NCBI GenBank assembly: GCA_050951325.1
Contig: JBMNIW010000003.1
Span: forward strand, 342,969-406,968
DNA from: Clostridia bacterium
GTDB lineage: Bacteria > Bacillota > Clostridia > UBA1212 > DUPL01
Reading direction: 5' to 3'
Length of the DNA stretch: 64,000 nucleotides
Position numbers and translations under genes: made by a program. Positions 39,621-49,664 of the stretch are shown piece after piece. Numbering within the stretch: position 1 is the stretch's first letter; every line of letters begins with the position of its first letter. The notes under the pieces were generated by a model. It was not told where the DNA came from. It did no database searches and saw nothing but the letters and a program-made list of their open reading frames with translations.

Positions 39621-40280
39621 TTATCTCATAATGGAAAACCTCACCACAAACAGCGGGTTGAACTTGCTGAAGGATATGTTCAAAACATACCTGTCATTGA
39701 AAATTCTGTAGGCACAAAGCTCTGAATCAAATCTTTCCTGCAGCATCTGAGGCAAGATGAAGACAAAGTTCTTTGCATCATTCACATAAAGATCAATCTC
39801 AAAGAAGGATATGTCTTTCAAGCTGCCCTCTTCTCTCCTGTTCCTTATATCATATGTCCTTACTTCATCAAGTGTGTCTAAGTAATCTATCAGTATTTGG
39901 GTAACTGTAATCACTTCCGCTTTTGCAAACTTCTCAATTGCTAGCTCGCGGTTGACAGAAAGATTTTCAGGCAAATTTCTAAACAGTGCATAGGATGAAT
40001 CAGCGCAGGTGTTCAGCTTTGCATAATATACCCTTCCCTTTATATTCTCCTCATACAACTCAAAATCCCATACAGGTATGAGTATAAAATCATCAACACC
40101 ACATTCATCCGAAACAAGTCTGCAGGCTGCTTCATAAGCATCCTCTTCATCTTTGATAAAGGATTCAGGGCACTTCCAAGTTCCGTTATCCGAACAGAGT
40201 GCCCACTTGCCATTGAACCTTGGCAGAACCAGTACCATATCCAAATTCTTAAATGTATTTATTGGAAATTCTTTTATCAT
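39621..40280 (-). CDS. Hypothetical protein with degenerate NUDIX-like N-terminal domain
   Basis: NGKWALC..TWKCPESFIKDEEDAYEAACRLVSDECG resembles an eroded Nudix box. Confidence 0.55.
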   Translation of the reverse strand: MIKEFPINTFKNLDMVLVLPRFNGKWALCSDNGTWKCPESFIKDEEDAYEAACRLVSDECGVDDFILIPVWDFELYEENIKGRVYYAKLNTCADSSYALFRNLPENLSVNRELAIEKFAKAEVITVTQILIDYLDTLDEVRTYDIRNRREEGSLKDISFFEIDLYVNDAKNFVFILPQMLQERFDSELCAYRIFNDRYVLNISFSKFNPLFVVRFSIMR

Positions 40281-40300
40281 GCTCTATCAAACCCAGTAAG

Positions 40301-40684
40301 TTATTTTACCCTGTAGGATTTGGCAAAGAAAGCTATGCCATATCCTAAAAATGCATTTACATAATAAAGTAGAGCCCAAAAAATCGCAGCCGGTCTGGGC
40401 TCAACAAACATTAGGAATGCAAAGAATCCTGTGATTAAACTCGCAATTGAGTTTATTGCCATCTTCCCTGTAAGCAGGTAAGAAAAGAATCCTGAAACGA
40501 AACACGAAAGAGGAATAAATATGTGACTTTGCATAATATTTTGTACAGTTGAAGACTCGAACAATACTAGATTAAGAGAACGGAATATGGCTTGAAAAAA
40601 CACATTAATAGCTAGTACAAACAGAAAGCAACCAATTTTCGAGTATGTGCACTTGCTCGTGTTTGCATTATTGTCTAAACCCAT
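40301..40684 (-). CDS. Hypothetical four-TM membrane protein
   Basis: Four hydrophobic segments; GGAG RBS. Confidence 0.65.
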   Translation of the reverse strand: MGLDNNANTSKCTYSKIGCFLFVLAINVFFQAIFRSLNLVLFESSTVQNIMQSHIFIPLSCFVSGFFSYLLTGKMAINSIASLITGFFAFLMFVEPRPAAIFWALLYYVNAFLGYGIAFFAKSYRVK

Positions 40685-40706
40685 ATTTATCTCCAGTCAC
40701 GTCTGA

Positions 40707-41303
40707 TTAGAAATATGAAATTTCTTCTTCGTACTCTTCCTCTTCACCGACGTCGTCGTAGATGTCCACGTTGTATGGAGCTACTATGTACACATGTTCA
40801 GAAATTCTCTGAGCGTTGCCATCTATAGCGTAGCAGCATCCGTAAATAAAGTCGAGAATTCTCATTTTGTCCTCTTTTCTTTTCAGATGCTCAAAGTTAA
40901 TTACAACAGTGGTTCGCTCTCTCAACTTAGCGCAAATCTCAGTGCAGTCCTTATACTCAGAAGGTCTTGATAAAACAACACTCAGATTATTGTCCGACTG
41001 TTTAATACCTAGTATCCTACTGGATTCCTGCATGTCTTTTACTCTTTCACTGCTTTTGCTTTGACCCTCAAAAAAACTGGACGCCTGTGTTGACGTTTTT
41101 CTTGATGGTGTTGGGTTGTTGTAAACCATACTGGAAATCCTGGTGCTTCTTGCACTGTCATCACCGGAAGCCATTCTTGTTTCTTCCATGGACTCATCTT
41201 CGTAGTAATCCTCAGCATAGGTTTCCTCTTCATACTCGTCGTAATCTTCAACCAGTGTGTTGAAACCCAAGAAATTTTTGACTGTTTCAGTCAGCTTTGC
41301 CAT
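40707..41303 (-). CDS. sepF: Cell division protein SepF
   Basis: N-terminal VKNFLG amphipathic helix, VVINF, RILDFIYGCCYAIDG, APYNVDI; follows yggS. Confidence 0.88.
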   Translation of the reverse strand: MAKLTETVKNFLGFNTLVEDYDEYEEETYAEDYYEDESMEETRMASGDDSARSTRISSMVYNNPTPSRKTSTQASSFFEGQSKSSERVKDMQESSRILGIKQSDNNLSVVLSRPSEYKDCTEICAKLRERTTVVINFEHLKRKEDKMRILDFIYGCCYAIDGNAQRISEHVYIVAPYNVDIYDDVGEEEEYEEEISYF

Positions 41304-41353
41304 AATGCATGCCTCCCTTGTCTTTTGTTGATAGTAAAAATCTTCTGTAAAAA

Positions 41354-42034
41354 TCAATTAAAAATGCTTGAACCAACTCTTATCATATTGGCTCCTTCTT
41401 CTATGGCAATTTCAAAATCATTACTCATTCCCATAGAAAGGTAGTCCATATTGATATTATGCATACTGTTTTTGGAAATGTCAACATATATTTCATGAGT
41501 CCTTGAAAATATTTTTCTAAGTTCCTTTTCAGGACATTCATATGGAGCCATGGTCATAAGTCCTTTTATCCTTACATACTCCATCTTTGAAACCTCTTCC
41601 AGGAACTCATATATCATTTCTGGATCCATGCCATATTTCTGCTCCTCACCAGATACATTCAACTGGAGCAGGCAATCAACAGGTTTGCCAATTTTCCTTG
41701 CCTGGATATCAATTTCTTTTGCAAGCCTGATACTGTCAACAGAATGTATCAGTTTGACCTTGTCAACTATATATTTGACCTTGTTTCTTTGCAGGTGCCC
41801 TATAAAATGCCAGTTTAGGTTGTAATCTGCAAGGTTCTCATACTTCTTCAAAAAGTCTTGTGCCCTGTTTTCTCCAAAATCAATCATCCCTGCATTATAT
41901 GCCCTTAAAACCTCATCCACGCCAACAGTCTTGCATACAGCAACAACTTGAATATCTTCAGGTTTCCTACCTGATTTAGCAGCACTTTTTGCAACCCTTT
42001 CCCTTAATTCATCTATATTCCTCTCTATATTCAT
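41354..42034 (-). CDS. yggS: PLP homeostasis protein (YggS/YlmE)
   Basis: VAVCKT, FGENRAQ, WHFIGHLQRNK, LSMGMSND, RVGSSIF. Confidence 0.95.
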   Translation of the reverse strand: MNIERNIDELRERVAKSAAKSGRKPEDIQVVAVCKTVGVDEVLRAYNAGMIDFGENRAQDFLKKYENLADYNLNWHFIGHLQRNKVKYIVDKVKLIHSVDSIRLAKEIDIQARKIGKPVDCLLQLNVSGEEQKYGMDPEMIYEFLEEVSKMEYVRIKGLMTMAPYECPEKELRKIFSRTHEIYVDISKNSMHNINMDYLSMGMSNDFEIAIEEGANMIRVGSSIFN

Positions 42035-42036
42035 CT

Positions 42037-43470
42037 TTACTTGACAACCTCTCCTTCCTTCACTTTTTCATGATTAACAACAAATATGTCATTGTATTTG
42101 ACGCCTTGCGTGGTATCGTCATCAAATTTTGTCTTAGATGAAATAATTGCATACTCATCATTCCTAGCCAATACATTCACATACACGTATTCAACAAAGT
42201 TTGCACGCACAAGCGCAATTCTTGCTGTTACCTTTGCTTCGTCCCAGTCACTCAGACATCTTAAGGGTACTTTCATACCTTCCTGATGTTGCAGAATCAC
42301 ATCAACCTCGACACTTCTTTTAGAAACGCAGCTTGCAAGAGCTGAGCTGGTTTCAAGTATTGCAACATCTTCATTAACCGAAACAATTTTTGCATTAGTT
42401 TCGTATTTTCTGTCCCTTGCCTTTACGGTAACTGTTTCTCCTTCTTCAAAACCATCAAGTTTGTCAGTATCTATTGCAATATAGTAGCTTACTCCTGGAG
42501 TTATTCTTGCCACCACTTCGCCATATGAAACATTTTTGTTGGCTGTATTCGAAATCTTTGTATCAAGTATCGCAAGTTCACTCTGGCAAACACCCTTTAT
42601 ATCCATAGTATCAAATAGCCCAATAGCCTCATCCACATGGAACGAAACTACACCAGCATTGGCGGTAGTTATCTTATGCATTTTTCCATTCAGCAAGTTT
42701 TGCAGCTCAACTCTCTTTTGTTGCAGGCTTTGGATATATGCATCCTTTGATTCAGCATTCATGGTAAGTTCATTGCGCATCTCAAACAATGAATCAAGTT
42801 CTCTTTTCAGATTCAGAAAACTATACATATTCCCCTTCATCGAGCAAATCGCAATCTCGTTTCTTATCCTTTCAATTTCCTCATCTATAACCGAAACATC
42901 CTCACTAATTAACGCTTCCGATTCTCCCTTTGAGTTTTGGGCGGTACTTATTCTTTGTTCAATCTTTCTAAGCTCATTCAAATACTCTTCCATGCCCTCG
43001 GATACAATATAAGCTATGACTTGTCCAACCCCAACCTTCTCCCCCTCGCTGACAACAGGAACAAGTCTACCTGAGTGGGATGCAGTTATCTTTATTTCCT
43101 CCCTTAGGAAATATGCAATACCGGACACCTTCTTTTCAATGACGCCGTGTTTCACATAGTTTGTCCTTATACGGTTGTCCAGTTTGCCTTGGGTGATGTT
43201 TACGACCAATACCAGAAGGATAACTGCTGTAAAAATCATGGTTACAGCAAATCCTGCCAGCTTGTTCTTCCTTCTCTTCCTGATGTATCTTTTCCTTTTC
43301 TGACTTCTCTCTACCTCATCAGTTTTTTTATGTACTCTGGCAGGTGCAGGCTCGCTAAACAAAGCAGTCTTGCTGACCGCTATTTCCAGCTCGTCGTTTG
43401 CTTCATGTATAACATTTTTGCTCTTTTTCTTCCTGTCGTCTTGGCTTTTGTATAAAGGCATCTGAAACAC
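42037..43470 (-). CDS. HlyD-like membrane fusion/coiled-coil protein
   Basis: Basic N-terminus plus TM, lipoyl-like halves (VSEGEKV, AGVVSF) flanking a coiled coil; sits upstream of yggS-sepF as in many Clostridia. Confidence 0.7.
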   Translation of the reverse strand: MFQMPLYKSQDDRKKKSKNVIHEANDELEIAVSKTALFSEPAPARVHKKTDEVERSQKRKRYIRKRRKNKLAGFAVTMIFTAVILLVLVVNITQGKLDNRIRTNYVKHGVIEKKVSGIAYFLREEIKITASHSGRLVPVVSEGEKVGVGQVIAYIVSEGMEEYLNELRKIEQRISTAQNSKGESEALISEDVSVIDEEIERIRNEIAICSMKGNMYSFLNLKRELDSLFEMRNELTMNAESKDAYIQSLQQKRVELQNLLNGKMHKITTANAGVVSFHVDEAIGLFDTMDIKGVCQSELAILDTKISNTANKNVSYGEVVARITPGVSYYIAIDTDKLDGFEEGETVTVKARDRKYETNAKIVSVNEDVAILETSSALASCVSKRSVEVDVILQHQEGMKVPLRCLSDWDEAKVTARIALVRANFVEYVYVNVLARNDEYAIISSKTKFDDDTTQGVKYNDIFVVNHEKVKEGEVVK

Positions 43471-43515
43471 CCATTTTCTTTTGTAATCTCATTTTATACG
43501 TATAATTTCAGGATG

Positions 43516-44781
43516 TCAATTCATTACATTCTTTGCTGCAAGCAGAGCTGCAAGCTTTACATGCTCGTACATAAGACCACCCTGCATATATGCTATATAT
43601 GGTTCTTTTATTGGCCCGTCGGCGCTAAGCTCAATGGAGGAACCTTGTACAAACGCACCAGCAGCCATAATAACCTGATGGGTATATCCAGGCATGTCTC
43701 CGGGTATGGGAGTTACATACGAATCCACCGGCGCCGCCTTCTGTATTGCCTCGCAGTATTTTATAAGTTTATCTGGATCATTGAACTTGATTGCCTGCAC
43801 AATGTCACTCCTGTCAGCTTGCCAGGATGGCGATGTGTCATAGCCAAGTCTTTCAAACAAAGCAGCCATGAATACCGCTCCTTTAAGACATTCCGATACC
43901 ACATGAGGCGCAAGAAAGAAACCCTGTATAATATGCCTTATGGCGCCTATGGATGCTCCAACACGTTTTCCAAGTCCTGGTGCTGTAAGCCTGTTGGCAC
44001 ACAGCTTAACAATACTCTCCTTGCCTGCTACATATCCACCGCCATTCAAGGCAAGTCCTCCACCTGGATTTTTAATAAGGGAGCCGGCAATAATATCAGC
44101 ACCTACTTCACAGGGTTCCTTGCAGCATACAAACTCCCCGTAACAGTTGTCCACCATGCATATGGTGTTCTTGTTCTTTGACTTCACCGTCTTGATGATA
44201 TCCCTTATGCTTTCAATAGAAAGAGCCTTTCTGTAGCTGTACCCTCTTGAACGCTGTATCAGTGCAAGTTTGGTGTTCTCATTTACCGCCTCAAATATCT
44301 TTTCCAAATCCGGCTCGTCATTTGGCAAAAGATCCACCTGCTCATACTTGACTCCAAATTCAAGCAAGGAACCTGGTGTTGGTTTTGTACCAATAACTGA
44401 TTCCAGTGTGTCGTAGGGTTTCCCTGCACAACTAAGCATCGTATCACCAGGTCTTAGTATTCCAAACAAACATATGGCCAAGGCATGGGTTCCTGATACA
44501 ATCTGGTTTCTAACCAATGCATCCTCAGTCTTAAATACTTCAGAATATATTTCCTCAATTATTTCTCTTCCAATATCGTTGTACCCATAACCTGTGGTTC
44601 CAAGCAAATGCCTGTCTGACAATCCCATTTTCTGCATTGCTGAAAGAACTTTTAGTTGGTTGTACTCTTTAATATTATCGATTTCTTTGAATTTTTCTTT
44701 AATCTGGTCTTCAATCTCCTGACTTAAACGAAAAAGATCATCGTTTATTCCATATTCATTCCTCAAAAGGTTTTTCAACAT
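43516..44781 (-). CDS. YnbB-like PLP enzyme (aluminium-resistance/methionine gamma-lyase family)
   Basis: TTGYGYND, VSGTHA, IQRSRGY, DNCYGEF, GSLIKNPGGG, SIELSADGP. Confidence 0.92.
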   Translation of the reverse strand: MLKNLLRNEYGINDDLFRLSQEIEDQIKEKFKEIDNIKEYNQLKVLSAMQKMGLSDRHLLGTTGYGYNDIGREIIEEIYSEVFKTEDALVRNQIVSGTHALAICLFGILRPGDTMLSCAGKPYDTLESVIGTKPTPGSLLEFGVKYEQVDLLPNDEPDLEKIFEAVNENTKLALIQRSRGYSYRKALSIESIRDIIKTVKSKNKNTICMVDNCYGEFVCCKEPCEVGADIIAGSLIKNPGGGLALNGGGYVAGKESIVKLCANRLTAPGLGKRVGASIGAIRHIIQGFFLAPHVVSECLKGAVFMAALFERLGYDTSPSWQADRSDIVQAIKFNDPDKLIKYCEAIQKAAPVDSYVTPIPGDMPGYTHQVIMAAGAFVQGSSIELSADGPIKEPYIAYMQGGLMYEHVKLAALLAAKNVMN

Positions 44782-44852
44782 AACACCCATCCAATTCATG
44801 ATAAATATAACGAGGAATAATTTTATCACATTACTTGCTATTAATCAAACAA

Positions 44853-44875
44853 TGGATGCCATTTAGACATCCACT
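44853..44875 (-). terminator. Hairpin after surface protein D
   Basis: TGGATG..CATCCA inverted repeat followed by TTGTTT on the minus strand. Confidence 0.45.
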
Positions 44876-44885
44876 GTATCATCCA

Positions 44886-46220
44886 TTATTTCTTTTTTTT
44901 CTTAATTACCGACAAAGCAACCACAACAGCCGCTATAACAACAACACCTACTGCAACAAGGATATATACCAGAGTATTGCCACCCTCTTTGTCATCCTCA
45001 TCTTCATCGGAAGGACTGCTAGGTGCAGGAGTTTCATCAGCAGGCTCATCGGTGGGCTCGGGAGTTGGTGGTTCTTCTACTGTGACGGTTATCTTGGAAA
45101 CTTCTTTATACTCGTTGTTTTCAAACAATACGATATCATATTCACCCGGTTCAAGCGTCAAATCAACCGCTTTAAGTAGCTCGGCTCCCATACCAACCAC
45201 GTCTACTCTCTTTATTGGCTGATTCTCATTGCTTGGTGTTGTTCCCTTCTTGTATACACCAATCCAGTAGTTCTCTTCAGCTCCAAGATATCCAATCTCT
45301 ATGTCATCCTCGGTTGTATAAGTCTTTTTATTTGCGTAAACATTCTTTCCTGCCGCAGCGTTTCCAATGTAGTATACTTCATCAATAGTAAAAATGCCTG
45401 CACGGTTTGCAAAGGCAATCGCAGCCTCATCATCAGCACACAAGGTTGCAACCTCGGATTCATTCAGCACATTGCCCTCTGCGTCCTTTACAACCGCCTT
45501 ACTGTAGTACCCTTCCTTGGGTTCGGAATATTCAATAGTGCACAATAATGTGTTGTCAAATGTTACTTTTATAACATTTCCATCATCTTCAACAAGAAAG
45601 TCAACAAAATTGTTTGTTAGATCTACTCCTTCAGGAAGATCTATTGGTGTCCTGTTGGAAAACAGTCCGTCTTCTGTCTCCTCGCTCCACTCTCTAATTA
45701 TGACATCTATCTTGTTGCTATATAGTTCCAGAGCAAGTCCGGTGCCTCCAACTTCCTTGTCAATGTCTTCTTCATACTCATTGAGAAGCCTGCCATTTTG
45801 CGAAACCAAAGGTGTTTTGGAGCTTCTTATCCAAATAAAGGTTCCATGGTTAGTAGCAGTGTCTCCCTGCGCCATTATTCTTCCACCTAATACAAACGGA
45901 CTCTTTACAATCAGGTCTGTATCACTTTTCATAAGTCGACCATGAATCCAGTGAGCGTACAACGCCTGGGTTCCATCTTCAGTTTCAATTATGTTGAACT
46001 CATTATGTCCGGAACCAAGTGCGCTGCCGTCTTCAAACTTCCAATAGCCCACGAGATTGTTAATCAAGTCAGCAGGCATCTCATAATCTTCAAAATCCTC
46101 GTAGAAGATGGTTACGCCATCTTCATTTGAAAATAGGACCGTCTTTCCCATTACATTCATTGAAAATAACGAACACAACAAAATCGTTACAAGTATTAAG
46201 CAAATAAGTTTTCTTTTCAT
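44886..46220 (-). CDS. Uncharacterised surface protein (family member D) with extra Ig-like domain
   Basis: Signal peptide; shared motifs VEDDGNVIKV and YYSKAVVKDAEGNVL; PPTPEPT stalk, TM, KKKKK. Confidence 0.85.
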   Translation of the reverse strand: MKRKLICLILVTILLCSLFSMNVMGKTVLFSNEDGVTIFYEDFEDYEMPADLINNLVGYWKFEDGSALGSGHNEFNIIETEDGTQALYAHWIHGRLMKSDTDLIVKSPFVLGGRIMAQGDTATNHGTFIWIRSSKTPLVSQNGRLLNEYEEDIDKEVGGTGLALELYSNKIDVIIREWSEETEDGLFSNRTPIDLPEGVDLTNNFVDFLVEDDGNVIKVTFDNTLLCTIEYSEPKEGYYSKAVVKDAEGNVLNESEVATLCADDEAAIAFANRAGIFTIDEVYYIGNAAAGKNVYANKKTYTTEDDIEIGYLGAEENYWIGVYKKGTTPSNENQPIKRVDVVGMGAELLKAVDLTLEPGEYDIVLFENNEYKEVSKITVTVEEPPTPEPTDEPADETPAPSSPSDEDEDDKEGGNTLVYILVAVGVVVIAAVVVALSVIKKKKK

Positions 46221-46255
46221 ACCTGTACGCCTCCTAACAGTTTTTTGTTAACATT

Positions 46256-46285
46256 ATTATAACATTAATAAAATACATCTTTCAA
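46256..46285 (-). promoter_or_regulatory. sigma-A promoter for surface protein D
   Basis: TTGAAA-N18-TATAAT with TG extension. Confidence 0.55.
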
Positions 46286-46435
46286 CATAATATTTTGAAA
46301 TCTTTAAGCAGTATAATAAAAGGAGAGTTTTGTCAGAACCATTTGGCTCAACAAGGCCGTAGAGACCTATCTGTTAACATTAACAAAATATGCTATAATA
46401 AAAATGAATAGAATATAGTTTTGAAAGAGGATAAA

Positions 46436-47365
46436 ATGCAGCCAACAGACAGACTGACATATGTGGTAAGTGAAAAGGATGAAGGAAAGAAAATCAGCAG
46501 AATATTGAAGGATAGAACGAAGCTTTCTTCCGGAATGATACGGGTTGTGAAGTATAACGAAGGGGTTTTGTTGAATGGTGAAAATGTACGTGTTAATCAT
46601 TTGGTTAAATGCGGAGATGTAATCACAGTGTTGTTAAACTGCAGACAGGAAGATACAGACATAATTCCGACAAACATTCCCCTTGAAATCCTGTATGAAG
46701 ATGATGCAATGCTTGTATGCAACAAACCACCTTACATGGTATCCCACCCTGTAAGGAATCATCTTGCCGACACTTTGTTAAACGCAGTGGTGTACAGGAT
46801 GAATGAAGAAGGAAAAAGACACGGAATACACTTGGTAAGCCGCCTTGACAAGGATACTTCAGGCATAGTAATTATTGCAAAAAACCCCTATGTTCAGGAG
46901 CAATTGAAGCTTCAAGGCGAAAGAAATGTATTTATTAAAAAGTATTTGGGATTAACGAATGGACAACCCAATTATGATTCTGGAATAATAGATGCGCCAA
47001 TTGCAAGAAAAGAAGAGTATTCAATGGAAAGAATAGTTCATGAAGAAGGCTATGCTTCAGTTACAGAATACAAGGTAATTGAAAGATATGAAAACCATGC
47101 GCTTGTTGAGTTTAGACCAATAACAGGCAGAACACACCAGATTCGTGTGCACTGCCTGTATGAAAACTTTCCTCTGCTTGGTGATAGCTTGTATAACAAG
47201 CCTTGTTCATTTATGGAGAGACAAGCACTTCATGCCTACAAGGTGTATTTCATTCACCCTGTCATTAACATGCCCATGGAAATTCATGCACCTCTGCCAA
47301 AAGACATGGCAGACGCATTAAATATAATTAAAGGCTGTAAACCTCGGAATCATCAAGAACCCTGA
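46436..47365 (+). CDS. RluA/RluD-family pseudouridine synthase
   Basis: ILYEDD..NKP, SRLDKDTSG, TGRTHQIRVH, LLGD, RQALHA; TGCTATAAT at 46391-46399. Confidence 0.93.
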   Translation: MQPTDRLTYVVSEKDEGKKISRILKDRTKLSSGMIRVVKYNEGVLLNGENVRVNHLVKCGDVITVLLNCRQEDTDIIPTNIPLEILYEDDAMLVCNKPPYMVSHPVRNHLADTLLNAVVYRMNEEGKRHGIHLVSRLDKDTSGIVIIAKNPYVQEQLKLQGERNVFIKKYLGLTNGQPNYDSGIIDAPIARKEEYSMERIVHEEGYASVTEYKVIERYENHALVEFRPITGRTHQIRVHCLYENFPLLGDSLYNKPCSFMERQALHAYKVYFIHPVINMPMEIHAPLPKDMADALNIIKGCKPRNHQEP

Positions 47366-47759
47366 TGTTTCTTGATCTGAGGAGCTCTGTCGCCTTCTCT
47401 ATATCCTCTACTTTAAGAACAACCAATGCCTTGTTCTCCGTCTTGCCTGTAAAGGCATAGATATACTCTATTGTGATGTCCTCGTCTGTTAATACTTCGA
47501 GCGCTTTTGCCAAAGCACCGGGATTATCGTCTATCGCAATGGCAATTACGTTTGAAATACTGACTGTATACCCATTTTTCTTCAAGACCGTCTCTGCCAA
47601 ATCAGGATTGTTGACGATAAGTCGTAGAATTCCAAAATGAGCAGTATCAGCAATGGACAAAGCCGATATGTCAACGTTATTGTCTCCCAAAACTTTGGTA
47701 ACATCGGACAGCCTGCCTGCCTTGTTCTCCAAGAATACGGAAATCTGTCTTACCCCCAT
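47328..47759 (-). CDS. Tandem ACT-domain amino-acid-binding protein
   Basis: QISVFLENKAGRL, ALSIADT..FGILRLIV, IEYIYAF. Confidence 0.9.
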   Translation of the reverse strand: MGVRQISVFLENKAGRLSDVTKVLGDNNVDISALSIADTAHFGILRLIVNNPDLAETVLKKNGYTVSISNVIAIAIDDNPGALAKALEVLTDEDITIEYIYAFTGKTENKALVVLKVEDIEKATELLRSRNIRVLDDSEVYSL

Positions 47760-47771
47760 AACCAAGCCCCC

Positions 47772-49073
47772 TTACATCTTTCTCTTATCAATGACTCTCT
47801 TGGCTTTCCCTTCGCTTCTGGCCAAGGTTTTAGGCTCAACGAGACTTACTTTAACATTAAGCCCAAGAACAGAATCAAGCTTTGACTTGATTCTATGCTC
47901 CAAACTCTCAATGTACTTAACCGAGTCGGAGAAAAAGTTTTCAGTCATCTCTACCTGTACTTCTATTGTATCATGATTGCCTACTCTGTCAACAATTATT
48001 AAATAATGAGGAGCTGTTTCTCCAAGTTCCAGAAGCACACTTTCAATTTGTGATGGGAATACATTTACACCTCTAATTATCAGCATATCATCAGTTCTAC
48101 CGCACAGTTTCATCATTCTGGCAGTGGTTCTTCCGCAGGCACACTGGCTTGTGTCAATACATGATACGTCCCTTGTTCTGTATCTGATTAGTGGGAAGCC
48201 TTCTTTTGTGAGAGTTGTAAATACAACTTCACCCTTTTCACCCTCAGGTACATGATTTCCGGTAGTGGGATCTATAATCTCAATCAGGAAATGGTCTTCC
48301 TGTATGTGCATTCCCTTTTGCTCAAGGCATTCACAGGATACTGCAGGCCCCATGATTTCACTCAGACCATATATATCCACAGCCTTCAAACCAAGTTTGC
48401 CCTCTATTTCCTTCCTCATTTCCTCGCTCCAGGGTTCTGCACCAAAGACACCAGCCTTTAGATTGATATCTTCAAGAGTGCAGCCTGATGCATAAAGCTC
48501 TTCTGCTATGTACAGCGCATAGGAAGGAGTGCAGCACAAAATGTCTGGCTTGAAGTCCTTTAGTATGGTGATTTGTCTTGCTGTATTCCCCGAGGATACA
48601 GGTATAACAGTGCATCCCATCTTCTCAGCTCCATAGTGCACACCAAGACCGCCTGTGAAAAGACCATAACCATATGCAACATGGACCATGGACTTTCTTG
48701 ACGCCCCTGCGCCTACCAGACTGCGAGCCATGCACTCAGCCCAGTTATCAATATCTCTTGCAGTGTAGCCAACAACAGTCTGCTTGCCTGTTGTGCCAGA
48801 TGATGCGTGTATTCTCGTTATCTCATCCATATCCACTGCAAACATGCCAAAAGGATACGTATCCCTCAGGTCCTGTTTCGTTGTAAATGGAAGCTTGACA
48901 ATGTCCTCAACGCTTTTTATATCGCCGGGTTCTACTCCAGCTTCCATCATTTTTGTTCTGTAATGAGGGACTCTGTTGTAGACTCTGTCTACAAGCTTTT
49001 GCAGTCTTCTTGATTGCAGGACCTTCATTTCATCTCTGGACATGCATTCAAAGTGCTCGTTCCAATAATGCAT
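47772..49073 (-). CDS. paaK: Phenylacetate-CoA ligase
   Basis: [45 protein letters not shown]. Confidence 0.93.
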   Translation of the reverse strand: MHYWNEHFECMSRDEMKVLQSRRLQKLVDRVYNRVPHYRTKMMEAGVEPGDIKSVEDIVKLPFTTKQDLRDTYPFGMFAVDMDEITRIHASSGTTGKQTVVGYTARDIDNWAECMARSLVGAGASRKSMVHVAYGYGLFTGGLGVHYGAEKMGCTVIPVSSGNTARQITILKDFKPDILCCTPSYALYIAEELYASGCTLEDINLKAGVFGAEPWSEEMRKEIEGKLGLKAVDIYGLSEIMGPAVSCECLEQKGMHIQEDHFLIEIIDPTTGNHVPEGEKGEVVFTTLTKEGFPLIRYRTRDVSCIDTSQCACGRTTARMMKLCGRTDDMLIIRGVNVFPSQIESVLLELGETAPHYLIIVDRVGNHDTIEVQVEMTENFFSDSVKYIESLEHRIKSKLDSVLGLNVKVSLVEPKTLARSEGKAKRVIDKRKM

Positions 49074-49664
49074 TTATTTGTCACTCTCCTCGTATTCAGC
49101 TCCCTTTTGAAAAGCCTTCTCATTTATCGCAAGCAGTCTTGTAGGTATAACTGTTCTAAGAGCATCAAGCCATATTTCCTTGTCTATATCCTTTACTATC
49201 TGACTAAGAACACCAATAAGTACAATATTCACAGCCTTCGTCGTGCCACATTCTTTTGCAATTTCAAGAGCATCTATGTCGTAAACCCTGACTCCGGAAT
49301 TCTTTATTGACTTGATAATTTCGCCAGGATATGTCTTGGTTCCGGATATAACGGGCATGGGGTTTATCTTCTGGGTATTGACAATCAGTGTTCCATCCTT
49401 TTTTAAATATGGAAGCCATCTTAGTGCTTCAAGCTGCTCAAAAGCCATAATTATATCTGCTTCTCCCATATCAATGATTGGAGAGAACACCTTCTTTCCT
49501 TTTTCAGCTATCTTGACACAAGTTACAACACTGCCGCCCCTTTGCGACATACCGTGAACTTCCGACAATTTTACATCACGACCTTGTTTTTGAGCTACCA
49601 TCCCAAGCATCTTGGAAGCCAACAACGTACCCTGACCTCCTACACCTGCAATCAATATGTTCAT
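49074..49664 (-). CDS. iorB: Indolepyruvate:ferredoxin oxidoreductase beta subunit
   Basis: AGVGGQG, SEVHGMSQRGGSV. Confidence 0.93.
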   Translation of the reverse strand: MNILIAGVGGQGTLLASKMLGMVAQKQGRDVKLSEVHGMSQRGGSVVTCVKIAEKGKKVFSPIIDMGEADIIMAFEQLEALRWLPYLKKDGTLIVNTQKINPMPVISGTKTYPGEIIKSIKNSGVRVYDIDALEIAKECGTTKAVNIVLIGVLSQIVKDIDKEIWLDALRTVIPTRLLAINEKAFQKGAEYEESDK

